Part shown: positions 36,391-46,947 of the stretch, in pieces
Position numbering within the stretch: the first letter of the stretch is position 1
Layout of the letters: the number at the start of each line of letters is the position of its first letter
Assembly (NCBI GenBank): GCA_036677555.1
Contig: JAVBWG010000011.1
Coordinates: forward strand, 87,497-151,496
Length of the DNA stretch: 64,000 nucleotides
Reading direction: 5' to 3'
DNA from: Methanomassiliicoccales archaeon
Lineage (GTDB): Archaea; Thermoplasmatota; Thermoplasmata; Methanomassiliicoccales; UBA472
Notes under the pieces: generated by a model
Databases searched by the model: none
What the model was told of the DNA's origin: nothing
Seen by the model: only the letters and a program-made list of their open reading frames with translations
Translations under genes and position numbers: made by a program

Positions 36391-37488
36391 TCAGGGCCCG
36401 GAGCTGCCGCGGACGATCCTGCGCATCGCCTCGCTCTCCTTGAAAAGGGCGGGCAGCATTCCCTTGTCCAGGCGGCTCACCGTCGGCAGTCGGCCCGGAA
36501 AGGTGCGTATGAACTCCCGCAGCAGGTATTCATGCACCGCCCCGTTGCCCCGGAGCCCTTCTCCGGACCAGTCCTCCAGGGCCTCCAGCACCCCATCCCG
36601 GCCGCCGCGGTAGAACAGCTCGGCCAGTATGGAGGTGACTATGGCGTTCTCGGAGACCACCCCCACCTCCGCCTCCCGCAGGGCAGGCAAGCTGCCGTTG
36701 AAGGCCACTGAGAGCCCGCCGCTTCTCCTGACCACCTGCAGCACCCGGGCATCCGTCTCCCCGTCTCCCACGTACATGCAGTCCTCCAGGGGGACGCTCA
36801 TCCGCTTGCATATCTCCACGACCGAAGTGGCCTTTTCGTCCCCGCCCACCGGGTTCACCTGGCTGACCAGCTGGTAGGATGACAGGTCGGTGATCTCGGT
36901 CCAGAATATCTCATCAAGGCGGCGCAGGACCAGCCGGTCGTCCGGGCCCAGGTCTCTGACGCTGCTGGCACCCTCCGGAACCTCCAGGAGCGGGAGCCGC
37001 ACGATCTCCCGGGCCAGGTTGCGCAGAGTCTCCGTCTCCCAGTCCTCGATGTCCAGCATGTCCATGCTCAGGCGGGTGCAGAAGGTGTTCTCGAAAGGGA
37101 ACCCGATCTGGTCGCAGGCCGCGCCGACGTAATGTTCGTAGCTGGTGCTGACGATGAAGCTGGACATCAGCTCCTGCACGAACCGCATGGCCTTGTCCGC
37201 CCCGGGCACGATGCGCATACTCTCCCTGGAGAAGCGGAGCAGCGACGAATCGGTCGTCCCGTACGCCTTGAGGAACGGGAGGATCAGCCTCAAGGTGTCC
37301 CCCGGCTTGACACCCTCCTTGCGGGATATGCTGGACAGCACCCCCTCATATCTCCTGACCGCCTCGAACAGCCTGCCGCCGTCCTCCACGATGGCCGCGG
37401 TGAGCTCACGGGCATTGTCATTGGCGGTGACCGGCCCCTGCAGGTCGGAGATCAGGACCTTCCCCTCGAAGGGGAACGCCTCGTCCAA
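36391..37488 (-). CDS. HAD-superfamily hydrolase, EhaR-like
   Basis: 'SDLQGPVTANDNA', 'GDTLRLILPFL', 'IVSTSYEHY', 'YVGDGETD', 'VAFNG'. Confidence 0.8.
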   Translation of the reverse strand: MDEAFPFEGKVLISDLQGPVTANDNARELTAAIVEDGGRLFEAVRRYEGVLSSISRKEGVKPGDTLRLILPFLKAYGTTDSSLLRFSRESMRIVPGADKAMRFVQELMSSFIVSTSYEHYVGAACDQIGFPFENTFCTRLSMDMLDIEDWETETLRNLAREIVRLPLLEVPEGASSVRDLGPDDRLVLRRLDEIFWTEITDLSSYQLVSQVNPVGGDEKATSVVEICKRMSVPLEDCMYVGDGETDARVLQVVRRSGGLSVAFNGSLPALREAEVGVVSENAIVTSILAELFYRGGRDGVLEALEDWSGEGLRGNGAVHEYLLREFIRTFPGRLPTVSRLDKGMLPALFKESEAMRRIVRGSSGP

Positions 37489-37566
37489 GATATCGAACTC
37501 CGTTCAGCTCACCTCCATCAGCGTCGGCATAACGGAAGGTCCCCTTATCTAGGTAACGATTACTCC

Positions 37567-37986
37567 TCAGATATCGAAAACGACGCGGACCAGAGGCCGA
37601 ACGGGATCGACCAGCATCATGTGGTACGTTACGGCCTTGATCTCCTTCTTGGGATCGTGCCTCCGGGCATCGTACTTCTCCCCCCTTGCATGGCAGCGCA
37701 CCTCGCCGCCGGCGAAGGTGACGGAGAACTCGGAGAACAGCATTCCGGTGACATCGAAGACGAAAAGCATCTCCGATAGAAAGTTATAGAGCATCGATTC
37801 GTGGTCGTGCCCCTCGACCACGATTTGCCTCTCCTCCCGCGCCCGCACCTTCGCAGCATCCACCATCTGGTCCGTGAGGGCGTAGGCGGCGTTGGCGAAA
37901 CATTCCTCCAGCGAAGCGCCGAATGCCTCCACCATCACGTCCGCGGTGTGGTCCAGGGTGCGATATCTCATGGCCATGTCATCCAC
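37567..37986 (-). CDS. Archease
   Basis: 'DHTADV...G.SLEECF.NA' and 'EIKAVTYH', C-terminal 'FDI'. Confidence 0.95.
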   Translation of the reverse strand: MDDMAMRYRTLDHTADVMVEAFGASLEECFANAAYALTDQMVDAAKVRAREERQIVVEGHDHESMLYNFLSEMLFVFDVTGMLFSEFSVTFAGGEVRCHARGEKYDARRHDPKKEIKAVTYHMMLVDPVRPLVRVVFDI

Positions 37987-38079
37987 TCCAATCTATATCA
38001 TCCTCTTCACCCTGAGATCTCGATCCTGAGACGGGGCACGTGCATTATTAAGATGCGGCAATGCGATCGGTCAATCGCC

Positions 38080-41000
38080 ATGCCCTCATACCTGAACATA
38101 AGACCGTTGGAGGTTTTGGTGGTCGATGACGAACCTGGGATACTTCAGATCAGCAAGGAGTTCCTTGAGACGTTCCATGGAATGAGGGTGACCATCATCA
38201 ACGACGGCCACGAGGCCTTGGCCGCCCTGGCGGCGAAGGAATACGATGCAGTGGTATCCGACTATCAGATGCCGGTCATGGACGGGTTGCAGCTTCTGAA
38301 GGAGGTCCGGGCCCGGGGCCACAACATCCCCTTCATCCTCTTCACCGGAAGAGGCCGGGAGGAGGTGGCCATGGAAGCTTTGAACAACGGTGCCGATTTC
38401 TATGTCCAGAAGGGCGGGGACGCGGCGTCCCAATACCTGGACCTCGCCCACAAGGTCAGGAAGGCGGCAGGGGAGAGGGAGAAGGAAAGGAAGCTGAGGA
38501 TGGAGAACCTCAGACTGGACAAGCTGCTGGAACTGTACAGGATGGAGGACCGTTCCGAAGGATCGCTCTTCCGATATGCCCTCCGGTCCGCCCTGGAGCT
38601 GAGCGATGCGAGCTTCGGCTTCCTGGGGCGGATTGACGAAAGGGCGGGCACCATGTCCCTTATCTGCACCATCGGGGCGGGAACGCCGATGGAGGACCCG
38701 TCATCCCCTCCCAAAATGAACGTTGCCAATGGACCCTGGACCGAGGCGGTCCGGACCAGGAAGGCGTACGTTCTGAACGATGCGCGCGGACGGTCGGACA
38801 CGGAGCTGAGCTGCCCGAACATGGGAAGCATGAACAACATCATGATCGTCCCCCTTCTGGACGATGACCAGGTCGTGCTGGCCCTCGGCGTGGGAGACAA
38901 CTCGAACGGATTCGATGATTCCGATGTCATGCAGGTGTCCCTGCTTCTGAACGGGGTATGGGAGATCGTTAAGAGGAGGAGGACGGAGGAGAGCCTCTGC
39001 CTGAGCAACATGGAACTGGTGTCGAACCAGGACCGCCTCATGGACGTGGAGAACAAGTTCCAGACCATTTTCGAACGCTCCCAGGACGGAATGGCCCTCA
39101 TGGGCGAGAGGTTCCGCGAGGCCAACACCCGCTGGGGCGATATGCTAGGCTATTCGCATGAGGAGCTTATCGGGATGAGACCCTGGGAGGTGTCTCCGCC
39201 CAAGCAGCCGAACGGGGGGGACTCGGAGAAGCTGGCAAAGGCGCACATCTCCAAGGCCATGAAGGACATCATGGACCACTTTGAATGGACCCACATCACC
39301 AAGGACGGGCGGACACTGGAATGCGATGTCATACTGCAGAAGATGACCTCCAAGGGCGAGGACCTCCTGATGGCCACCATCCGCGACATCAGCCGGGAGA
39401 AGAGGGACGCACAGGTCATGGAGTTCATGTATCGCATCTCCGAGGCCGTGCAGACCGACAAGGACCGCCGGGAGCTGTTCGCCAACATATACGATTCCCT
39501 CGCCAGCCTGCTTTCGGTGGACAGCTTCTACGTCGCCTTCCGGGAGGGGGACGAACTGGAGTTCCCGTTCTATGTCGACCATGGGGACTGGAAGGATGTG
39601 GCTTCCAGGAAATGCGAAATGGGGGTCACCGAGCATGTTCTGGACGCTGGCCAACCGATCCTCCTGGACCGGAGTATGTTGGAGACGCTGATGGAGGCCG
39701 GGAAGATCTCCCAAGTCGGGGAGCCGTCCGAGGAGTTCATGGGAGTGCCCCTGAGCGTCAAAGGCCGGACCGTTGGTATACTGGCGGTACAGAGATACGA
39801 GGCGCCTTGCCGCTTCCGCCAGGAGGACCTCGACCTTCTTACCTTCCTGTCGGAGCAGGTCTCCCTGGCCCTGGAAAGGATGGAGATAAGGAAGGAGTCC
39901 ATGGCCGCCCACTCCCTGCTCAAGGGAACCGTGGATTCCATACCGATCGGGATACTGGTGACGGACGAGCGGAACCGCGTCCTCATGGCCAACCGGCCAT
40001 TGCGGGAGAGGATCGGCAGCCTGGAAGGTCATGATATCATTGATCAGCTTGATGTTCTGACCCGCTTCGCCGCGGACGATGAGTGGAGGTCGTTCCTTGA
40101 TATCGATCTGAAGGCTGACCCGGGGACCATCACCAAGACCATAGGATCCAAGGACGGGCGGTCGTTCGAGGTCATCCGGTCGCCGTACATGGTGGAGGGC
40201 AGGATAGCGGGAAGCATCCTCACCATCAATGATGTGACCGAGGTCCGTGAAATCGCCAAGGGACTGCAGGAGAGCGAGGCGAGCCTGAGGGCCATCCTGA
40301 CCGCCGCCCCGGTAGGGATGTGCGTACTCAAGGACCGGCGCTTCCAGAGGACGAATGAAAGGCTGCTCGAAATGCTGGGATACGAAAAGCATGAGCTCCA
40401 GGGCAAGACCACAGCCATGCTCTATGAGAGCGATCATGAGTTCGAGAGGATAGGCCGGGAACTGACCGACGCGGACCCGGGGAACAGGGTGAGGTGGACC
40501 AAGACCCGGTGGAGGAGGAGGGACGGCAGCTTCATCGACCTGCTGATGAGCGTATCCGTCTTCACCCCGGGCCGGCCGGAGAACGGTTATGTGGTCACTT
40601 TGACGGACCTGACGGAGATAGAGGAGGCCCGCCGCAAGCTGCAGGACCGCCTGGAGATGGAGGCCGTCCTGGCCTCGGTGTCCCGCCTCTTCTCTGACAT
40701 GGACATCGCGAACCATTACCAGGTGCTGGAGAAGGCCCTGGGAGCGATCGGCGCTTACGAAGGTGCCGACAGGGCCTATCTTTTCGAGATAGACCCGGTG
40801 TCGGGGCTGGGAAGCAACACGGTGGAATGGGTGGCCGAGGGGGCCCGAGGCTACAAGGAGGAGATGCAGGGGCTGAGCACGGAGGATCACCCCTGGTGGA
40901 TGAAAATGCTGCGCGAGCAGGGCACCATCACCATACCCGATGTCTCGAAGATGCCGCCGGAAGCCTCGAAGGAAAGGGCCATAATGGAGGCGCAGGGATC

Positions 41001-42207
41001 GAGCAGCGCGGCCATCGCCGCGTTGACGGTGGACAGAGAGCTGGTAGGTTTCCTGGGCTTCGATTTCTCCAAGGGCGATCACCGTTCCATGGAAAGGGAC
41101 CTGTATCTCCTGCGGTTCATCGGCGACATGTTCTCCAGCGCGCTCTCCAGATGGGCCAAGGAGAAGGAGATCCGCCAGGAGCAGGAGAAGCTGGTGAACG
41201 CCCTCAACGGGGCGCCGATGGGTGCCATGGTCTTCGAGAAGGAGGGCGGCGCGCTCAGCCTTACCTATTTCAACGAGGAGGCCGGGGTAATGCTGGGAGA
41301 GCATGCGATGGACTTCCTGGGGCGCCTGCCGGAGGAGACCATGCCCTTCCTGGGGGAGGAGGCCGTCGACCGCCTTCTGGTGAACGCCACCGAAGGGATA
41401 TGGACGGCCGGCGGCAGGGAGTTCCAGGACCCCCGCTCCGGCGAGCTGTATCAGATATGGACGTCGATGCTGGACAGGGACCATCTGGTGGTGTTCCTGC
41501 TCAATGTCACGGACCTTCGCAACCTTGACCAGCGCCTCATCCTGGCGAACAACAAGCTCACCTTGGTCACCCGGCTGGCCACCCATGATGTTCGGAACAA
41601 GGCCATGGCCGTGAGCGCCAACCTCGACCTGCTCTCCCTGAAGTTCAAGGACGAGGGCGTGGCGAGATACATCGAGAATGCCAACAAGGGATTGCGGGAC
41701 CTGCAGGAGATCACCGACCGCCTGCACGGCTACCTCTCCATTGGCATCGGACATCTGGGATGGACCGATCTGGAGGAATCGGTGCGGGTGGCCATGGGAT
41801 ATATGGACCGGACGGACCAGATGCTGCCGGCGGTGGAGGTCGGGGAGGAGGTCAAGGCGTACGAGGTCCAGGCCGATGAGCTTCTGCCCACGCTCCTCCA
41901 CAACCTCCTCTGCAACTCCATAAAGCACGGGGGCGGGGTGACCAGTATACGCCTGGGGGCGCACATCAGGGAAGGAGCCCTCTGGCTGATCTATGAGGAC
42001 GACGGCGTGGGGATACCCGAGGAGGTCAGGGACTGCCTCTTCGACTTCACCCTGAACGGGCGCCGGCAGGGCCATGGGCTGAACTTCATCAAGGAGACCC
42101 TGGAAATGTACGGGATGCGCATCGAGCTTGACCGCACGTACGACAAGGGCGCCCGGTTCCTGCTCAGGGTGCCCCAGGGACAGTTCCGGAGGAAGGCCAA
42201 GGCATAA
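38080..42207 (+). CDS. Hybrid sensor kinase: REC + multiple GAF/PAS + HisKA/HATPase
   Basis: REC 'LVVDDEP..SDYQMPVMDG..FTG..K', PAS/GAF repeats, H-box 'ATHDVRN', 'DDGVGI', 'GHGL'. Confidence 0.92.
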   Translation: MPSYLNIRPLEVLVVDDEPGILQISKEFLETFHGMRVTIINDGHEALAALAAKEYDAVVSDYQMPVMDGLQLLKEVRARGHNIPFILFTGRGREEVAMEALNNGADFYVQKGGDAASQYLDLAHKVRKAAGEREKERKLRMENLRLDKLLELYRMEDRSEGSLFRYALRSALELSDASFGFLGRIDERAGTMSLICTIGAGTPMEDPSSPPKMNVANGPWTEAVRTRKAYVLNDARGRSDTELSCPNMGSMNNIMIVPLLDDDQVVLALGVGDNSNGFDDSDVMQVSLLLNGVWEIVKRRRTEESLCLSNMELVSNQDRLMDVENKFQTIFERSQDGMALMGERFREANTRWGDMLGYSHEELIGMRPWEVSPPKQPNGGDSEKLAKAHISKAMKDIMDHFEWTHITKDGRTLECDVILQKMTSKGEDLLMATIRDISREKRDAQVMEFMYRISEAVQTDKDRRELFANIYDSLASLLSVDSFYVAFREGDELEFPFYVDHGDWKDVASRKCEMGVTEHVLDAGQPILLDRSMLETLMEAGKISQVGEPSEEFMGVPLSVKGRTVGILAVQRYEAPCRFRQEDLDLLTFLSEQVSLALERMEIRKESMAAHSLLKGTVDSIPIGILVTDERNRVLMANRPLRERIGSLEGHDIIDQLDVLTRFAADDEWRSFLDIDLKADPGTITKTIGSKDGRSFEVIRSPYMVEGRIAGSILTINDVTEVREIAKGLQESEASLRAILTAAPVGMCVLKDRRFQRTNERLLEMLGYEKHELQGKTTAMLYESDHEFERIGRELTDADPGNRVRWTKTRWRRRDGSFIDLLMSVSVFTPGRPENGYVVTLTDLTEIEEARRKLQDRLEMEAVLASVSRLFSDMDIANHYQVLEKALGAIGAYEGADRAYLFEIDPVSGLGSNTVEWVAEGARGYKEEMQGLSTEDHPWWMKMLREQGTITIPDVSKMPPEASKERAIMEAQGSSSAAIAALTVDRELVGFLGFDFSKGDHRSMERDLYLLRFIGDMFSSALSRWAKEKEIRQEQEKLVNALNGAPMGAMVFEKEGGALSLTYFNEEAGVMLGEHAMDFLGRLPEETMPFLGEEAVDRLLVNATEGIWTAGGREFQDPRSGELYQIWTSMLDRDHLVVFLLNVTDLRNLDQRLILANNKLTLVTRLATHDVRNKAMAVSANLDLLSLKFKDEGVARYIENANKGLRDLQEITDRLHGYLSIGIGHLGWTDLEESVRVAMGYMDRTDQMLPAVEVGEEVKAYEVQADELLPTLLHNLLCNSIKHGGGVTSIRLGAHIREGALWLIYEDDGVGIPEEVRDCLFDFTLNGRRQGHGLNFIKETLEMYGMRIELDRTYDKGARFLLRVPQGQFRRKAKA

Positions 42208-42226
42208 CTGGCAATCGTAGGAGCCT

Positions 42227-42238
42227 AACGGTTATATC
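42227..42238 (+). promoter_or_regulatory. BRE/TATA-like promoter of the nadX operon
   Basis: AACGGTTATATC ~25 nt before the ATG; identical 12-mer at 54661-54672. Confidence 0.55.
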
Positions 42239-42261
42239 GTTGTTCGGCGTTCCTCACGTCG

Positions 42262-43080
42262 ATGCGACTCCTCATCATCGGCAGCGGGGCCATCGGCACC
42301 ACACTGGCTGAGGCCATTCAGGACATGGACGAGTTCGATATCTTCTACATCACCGACAAGAACGAGGACCGGGCGAAGAAGATCGCCGCCCGGTGCAGGA
42401 AAGCCAAGTTCATATCCCCCACCGACGAGAGCATCAAGGCCCATCTGAAGAACGTCGACCTGGTCGTGGAGGCGGCATCGCAGGAGGCCGTACAGCACTA
42501 TGTGCCCATCGTGCTGGGTATGGGAGTGGACGTCCTGGTGATGAGCGTCGGAGCCTTTGCTGACGATGAGACTAGGGAAAGGTGCTTCAACGTGGCCAAG
42601 CGCAAGGGCGGCCGCCTGTACGTGCCGTCCGGGGCCATCTGCGGCACGGACGGGCTGCATTCCGCCTCCGCCGATGTCATACACAGCGTCGAGCTGACGT
42701 CCACCAAGGGGCCGAAGAGCTTCCAGGACAACGAGTACCTGAGGTCCATGGGCATCGATGTAAACTCGCTGAAGAAGAAGACCGTGATCTTCGAGGGGCC
42801 GGCCAGGGAGGCCGTTCAGCACTTCCCGAAGAACGTGAACGTTTCAGCCACCATCTCCCTCATCGGCATGGGCCTGGACAAGACCATGGTCAAGCTGGTC
42901 TGCGATCCCATGTGCGACTGCAACACCCACCGCCTGGAGGTCAGGGGGGAGTTCGGGCACATCGTCTGCGAGACGGACAACCTGCCGTTCCCGTCCAATC
43001 CGGCCACCAGCTATCTGGCGGCCTTGTCGGCCATAGCCGCGATAAGGCGCATAGCCGGCAACGTTTGGATAGGCATCTAG
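42262..43080 (+). CDS. nadX: L-aspartate dehydrogenase
   Basis: 'GSGAIG', 'VVEAAS', 'SVGA', 'PSGAI.G.D', 'FPKNVNV', 'NPATSYLA'. Confidence 0.93.
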   Translation: MRLLIIGSGAIGTTLAEAIQDMDEFDIFYITDKNEDRAKKIAARCRKAKFISPTDESIKAHLKNVDLVVEAASQEAVQHYVPIVLGMGVDVLVMSVGAFADDETRERCFNVAKRKGGRLYVPSGAICGTDGLHSASADVIHSVELTSTKGPKSFQDNEYLRSMGIDVNSLKKKTVIFEGPAREAVQHFPKNVNVSATISLIGMGLDKTMVKLVCDPMCDCNTHRLEVRGEFGHIVCETDNLPFPSNPATSYLAALSAIAAIRRIAGNVWIGI

Positions 43081-43117
43081 GGATTTCCTAAATACCGCCG
43101 ATTCCCTTTCGGCCTTC

Positions 43118-44218
43118 GTGATAGGGATGAAGGAGCGAGTGAAGAGGATATTCTCCAACTGCCCGGGCGACCTGGACGCCATCGTGATAATGAACGGCGA
43201 GGAACCGCTGCTGGACGTTGCGTTTCCTTATGTCACCGGCACCCGGGCCGGACTTTTCGAGGGATGCCTCGGCATCATTACGCCCGATGGCCGCTCGACC
43301 CTGATCACTTCCGCGTTGGAGGAGACCTCCGCCCGCGGGGGCAAGGCCGATGTGATGACGTTCCGAACGGCCCAGGAACGCAAGGATATAGCCGGCGGAA
43401 TCATGAGGGACTTCCGCAAGGTGGGGATAAACGGGCTGGGGATCGTCCATTCCAACTACCTTGAGGTTCAGAGGCTGGCTCCCGGCGCCGAACTGGTGGA
43501 CGTGAGCCGGGGACTGGAGGCCTCCAGGCTCATCAAGGACCGTGAGGAGGCGGGGAGGATGCGCCGGGCCTGCCGGATCGCCTCCCGGGTGGCGGACGAA
43601 ATACCGGGACTGCTGTTGGAAGGGATGAAGGAGTATGAGATGGCCGCCGAGCTCAACTATCGCATGACCAGGATGGGAGCCTCTGGACCGGCCTTCGGCA
43701 CCAACGCATCTTTCGGGGCCAGCTCCGCCGAGCCGCACCATGAGGCGGAGGACGTTTCCCTCAGAAAGGGGGATACCGCCCTGTTTGACTTCGGATGCAA
43801 GGTGGAAGGTTACTGCTCGGACATAACCCGCACCTTCTTCTTCGGTCCGCCGAAGGACTGGCAGAGGCGGATGTACGAGGTGGTCACGGAGGCGCAGCAG
43901 GCCGCTCTGAACGTGATAAGGGCAGGGGTGAACGGAAAGGACGCCGATGCCGCGGCCAGGGCGGTCATCGACGCCAGCGAGTTCAAGGGGTTGATGGTCC
44001 ATTCCACCGGCCATGGCCTCGGCCTCTCGGTACATGACGGGGGGCGTATGGCCCCGAACCACGACTTCCCGCTCCAGGCCGGCATGGTGCTGACCGTGGA
44101 GCCGGGCGTCTACATACGGGGGCAGGGCGGCGTTCGCATCGAGGACGATGTGCTGATCACCGAGGACGGCTACGAGATGCTGACCGATGCGGACAAGCGG
44201 TTGATGGTGATACAATGA
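43118..44218 (+). CDS. Xaa-Pro peptidase (M24 family)
   Basis: 'DFGC...YCSDITRT', 'HSTGHGLGL.VHD', 'TVEPGVY', 'GVRIEDD'. Confidence 0.93.
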   Translation: MIGMKERVKRIFSNCPGDLDAIVIMNGEEPLLDVAFPYVTGTRAGLFEGCLGIITPDGRSTLITSALEETSARGGKADVMTFRTAQERKDIAGGIMRDFRKVGINGLGIVHSNYLEVQRLAPGAELVDVSRGLEASRLIKDREEAGRMRRACRIASRVADEIPGLLLEGMKEYEMAAELNYRMTRMGASGPAFGTNASFGASSAEPHHEAEDVSLRKGDTALFDFGCKVEGYCSDITRTFFFGPPKDWQRRMYEVVTEAQQAALNVIRAGVNGKDADAAARAVIDASEFKGLMVHSTGHGLGLSVHDGGRMAPNHDFPLQAGMVLTVEPGVYIRGQGGVRIEDDVLITEDGYEMLTDADKRLMVIQ

Positions 44219-45591
44219 TGGACGAGCTTGAGATGGCCGTGGAGAGGATGAGGGCCGAGGGAGCGGACTTCTGCGATGCCCGCTACCAGACCATCACCAC
44301 CAATGGGATTGCGGTGGTGGACTCCGCCGTCCGGCGGATCTCTGAGGACCGCATTAGGGGGGTGTGCCTGAGGGCCAGGAAGAAGGGGTCCTGGGGCTAC
44401 GCCACGACGGTCGATCCCTCCAAGGACATGGTCCTGGAGGCAGCGGTGAGGGCGGCACGGAACGCCCTGGCCGGGAACGCTTTGGGCAAGCAAATTCCAG
44501 ACACCGGCGAGGCCAAGGCCGAGCTTAAGGCCGAGGTGAAGTTCCATCCTTCCCAGGTTCCCATGGATGAGAAGGTGCAGGCGGTGCTGGACATGGACCG
44601 GGCGCAGAAGGTGGATTCCCGTATCGTCAACACCAACTCCGTGCTGCGCGAGGAGGTCCGGCAGAACTCCCTGGTCAACAGCCATGGACGGCAGCTCAGC
44701 TGGGAGGAGGTTCGGACGACCATCATGGTTCAGGCCGTGGCCTCCGAGGCCGGGCGAACCGAGTTCTTCTACGACATCAGAGGGGGAGGCCTGGGCTACG
44801 AGGTGGTCAAGGACACGGACCTGGAGTCGTTCGGAAGGGAGGTGGGTAAGGAATCACTGAAGATGCTGTCCGCCGAGAAAGCGCCGTCGGGACTGCTCAC
44901 CTGCATCACCGATCCCGCCATCTCCGGGCTTTTGGCTCACGAGGTCATGGGGCACGCCTCGGAGGCGGACGAGATCGTGAAGCGGCGGTCGTTCCTCACC
45001 GACATGGTGGGGAAGCAGGTAGGATCGCCGCTGATAACCATGGTCGATGACGGCACCGTTCCGCTGGCCCGGGGAAGCATCCCCTTTGACGATGAGGGAA
45101 CGCCCTCGTCCCGAACGGTCATAATCAAGGACGGGGTGTACCAGGGATACATGCAGTCCCTGGAGACTGCGGCGGAGATGGGCGTGAGGCCGACCGGCAA
45201 CGGCCGGGCGCAGAGCTTCGACCGCCGGGTCTGGGTGCGCATGACCAACACCTTCTTCGAGAAGGGAGACCAGAACCTGGATGAGATGATCGCCGACGTC
45301 CGGTTCGGTGTTCTCACCGACCGCATGATAAGCGGAATGGAGGACCCGGTGGGCGGCGGGTTCGAGGCCAAGGCGCTGCGCGGTTACCTGATAGAGAACG
45401 GCCGGGTCACCAAGCTGCTGCGCTCGTTCACCCTCACCGGGAACGCCCTGGAGATATTGAGGACCGGGGACGCGGTGGGCAACAGGGTGGAGCTGGACGG
45501 AGGCTCCTGCGGCAAGGGCATCGAGGACTGGGTCCCGGTGTCCTCTGGAGGCCCGCACTGCCGCTTCAAGATCGTTCTGGGAGGTGACTGA
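44215..45591 (+). CDS. tldD: TldD metalloprotease
   Basis: HExxxH 'HEVMGHASEAD', 'DDEG', 'GNGRA', 'RMTNT', 'CGKG'. Confidence 0.92.
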   Translation: MMDELEMAVERMRAEGADFCDARYQTITTNGIAVVDSAVRRISEDRIRGVCLRARKKGSWGYATTVDPSKDMVLEAAVRAARNALAGNALGKQIPDTGEAKAELKAEVKFHPSQVPMDEKVQAVLDMDRAQKVDSRIVNTNSVLREEVRQNSLVNSHGRQLSWEEVRTTIMVQAVASEAGRTEFFYDIRGGGLGYEVVKDTDLESFGREVGKESLKMLSAEKAPSGLLTCITDPAISGLLAHEVMGHASEADEIVKRRSFLTDMVGKQVGSPLITMVDDGTVPLARGSIPFDDEGTPSSRTVIIKDGVYQGYMQSLETAAEMGVRPTGNGRAQSFDRRVWVRMTNTFFEKGDQNLDEMIADVRFGVLTDRMISGMEDPVGGGFEAKALRGYLIENGRVTKLLRSFTLTGNALEILRTGDAVGNRVELDGGSCGKGIEDWVPVSSGGPHCRFKIVLGGD

Positions 45592-46947
45592 ATGGACCTC
45601 GAGAGGATATCCAAGAAATCGGTGCACAAGGTCCTGGAAGAGGGGGCGAAGGAGGCGGAATCCTACCTGGTCCGCGTTCGATCGCTCACCGCCTACATAG
45701 ATGACGACCGTGTCAAGAACCTGGAGGAGAAGCTGGACCAGGGAATCTCCATCCGCGTGCTGCTGAACGGGAAGATGGGGCAGTCCTCATCCACCCTGCA
45801 CACCACCCGGGACCTGGAGGAGTGCGGGGCCAAGGCGGTCGCCCTGGCGAAGCTGTCCAGGCCGGACCCCTACTTCAAGCGCTTCCCGGGATTCTCGCAG
45901 CCGGTCGGCCACGTGGACGTCCGCCAGGAGGACGCGGCCACTGCCACCACCGCGTTCCTGAAGGAGAAGGTTGAGGAGATCGTGAAGGCTGCCGGGAACG
46001 AGGTTAAGGTTCCCCGCGGACTGCTGCGGGTGGCATTGGTGGAGAGGGCCCTGGCCAACAGCAATGGCGCCAACTTCCGGGAGCTGGGCACCATGGCCTA
46101 TGCGCATTTCACATCCATGACCAAGGGGCCGGAGCCGGGCGAGGGCTGCGAGTGCTATTACTCATCCGGACTGGCCGCCCTGGACACCCAGGCCATGGGC
46201 GATCGCCTGCGCCAAAAGGCCAGGAACGCCCAGGGCGCCGAGCATTTCAAGGGCAAGATGACCGGTTCGGTCATTCTTCCGCCCGATGAGCTGGCGGAGA
46301 TGCTGCTGGCCTCGGTCGGCTATTCCCTCGACGGGGAGAACGCTCTGCGCCGCCGCTCGCCGTGGGCGGAGCTGGTGAACAAGGAGGTGGGGAATGAGCT
46401 GGTCAACCTCAGGGACCAGCCATGGGACCCCCGTTCCGCCCTGTCCTGCCGCTACGATGACGAGGGCACGCCCTCCAAGGAGAAGCCCCTGGTGGAGAGG
46501 GGGACCCTGAGAACGCTGCTCTACGACAGCTATCACGCCCAGATGGGGAACGCTGTCGCCACCGGCAACTATCTCCGGAGGGACCCCTCCGACGCCCTCA
46601 ACCTCTATCGCCGGGGTGGAGCGACCATGCCGGTCAATCTGGCCTGGAAGCCAGGCAGTAAGAGCGTGGAGGACATGATCTCCGAGATCAAGGAAGGGGT
46701 GGTGATCGAGAAGCTGGCCGCGCCTGATGTGAACAGCGTCACCGGGGGATTCGCCCTGGAGGTGCGCTGCGCCAAGCTGGTCCGCGACGGAGCGGTGGTC
46801 GGACACGTCGACCAGTGCCTGCTGGTCGGCAACTTCTACCAGGCCCTGAAGCGGGTCGGCGCCGTGGGGAACGATGTCACGGTGCAGCGCAACTGCATCA
46901 TCCCCTCGGTGAGGTTCGACGGACTGGAGATCGTGGGAAGCGAGTGA
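45592..46947 (+). CDS. pmbA: PmbA/TldE protein
   Basis: TldD/PmbA fold motifs 'YDDEG', 'TGN', 'TGGFAL'; lacks HExxxH; follows tldD. Confidence 0.88.
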   Translation: MDLERISKKSVHKVLEEGAKEAESYLVRVRSLTAYIDDDRVKNLEEKLDQGISIRVLLNGKMGQSSSTLHTTRDLEECGAKAVALAKLSRPDPYFKRFPGFSQPVGHVDVRQEDAATATTAFLKEKVEEIVKAAGNEVKVPRGLLRVALVERALANSNGANFRELGTMAYAHFTSMTKGPEPGEGCECYYSSGLAALDTQAMGDRLRQKARNAQGAEHFKGKMTGSVILPPDELAEMLLASVGYSLDGENALRRRSPWAELVNKEVGNELVNLRDQPWDPRSALSCRYDDEGTPSKEKPLVERGTLRTLLYDSYHAQMGNAVATGNYLRRDPSDALNLYRRGGATMPVNLAWKPGSKSVEDMISEIKEGVVIEKLAAPDVNSVTGGFALEVRCAKLVRDGAVVGHVDQCLLVGNFYQALKRVGAVGNDVTVQRNCIIPSVRFDGLEIVGSE

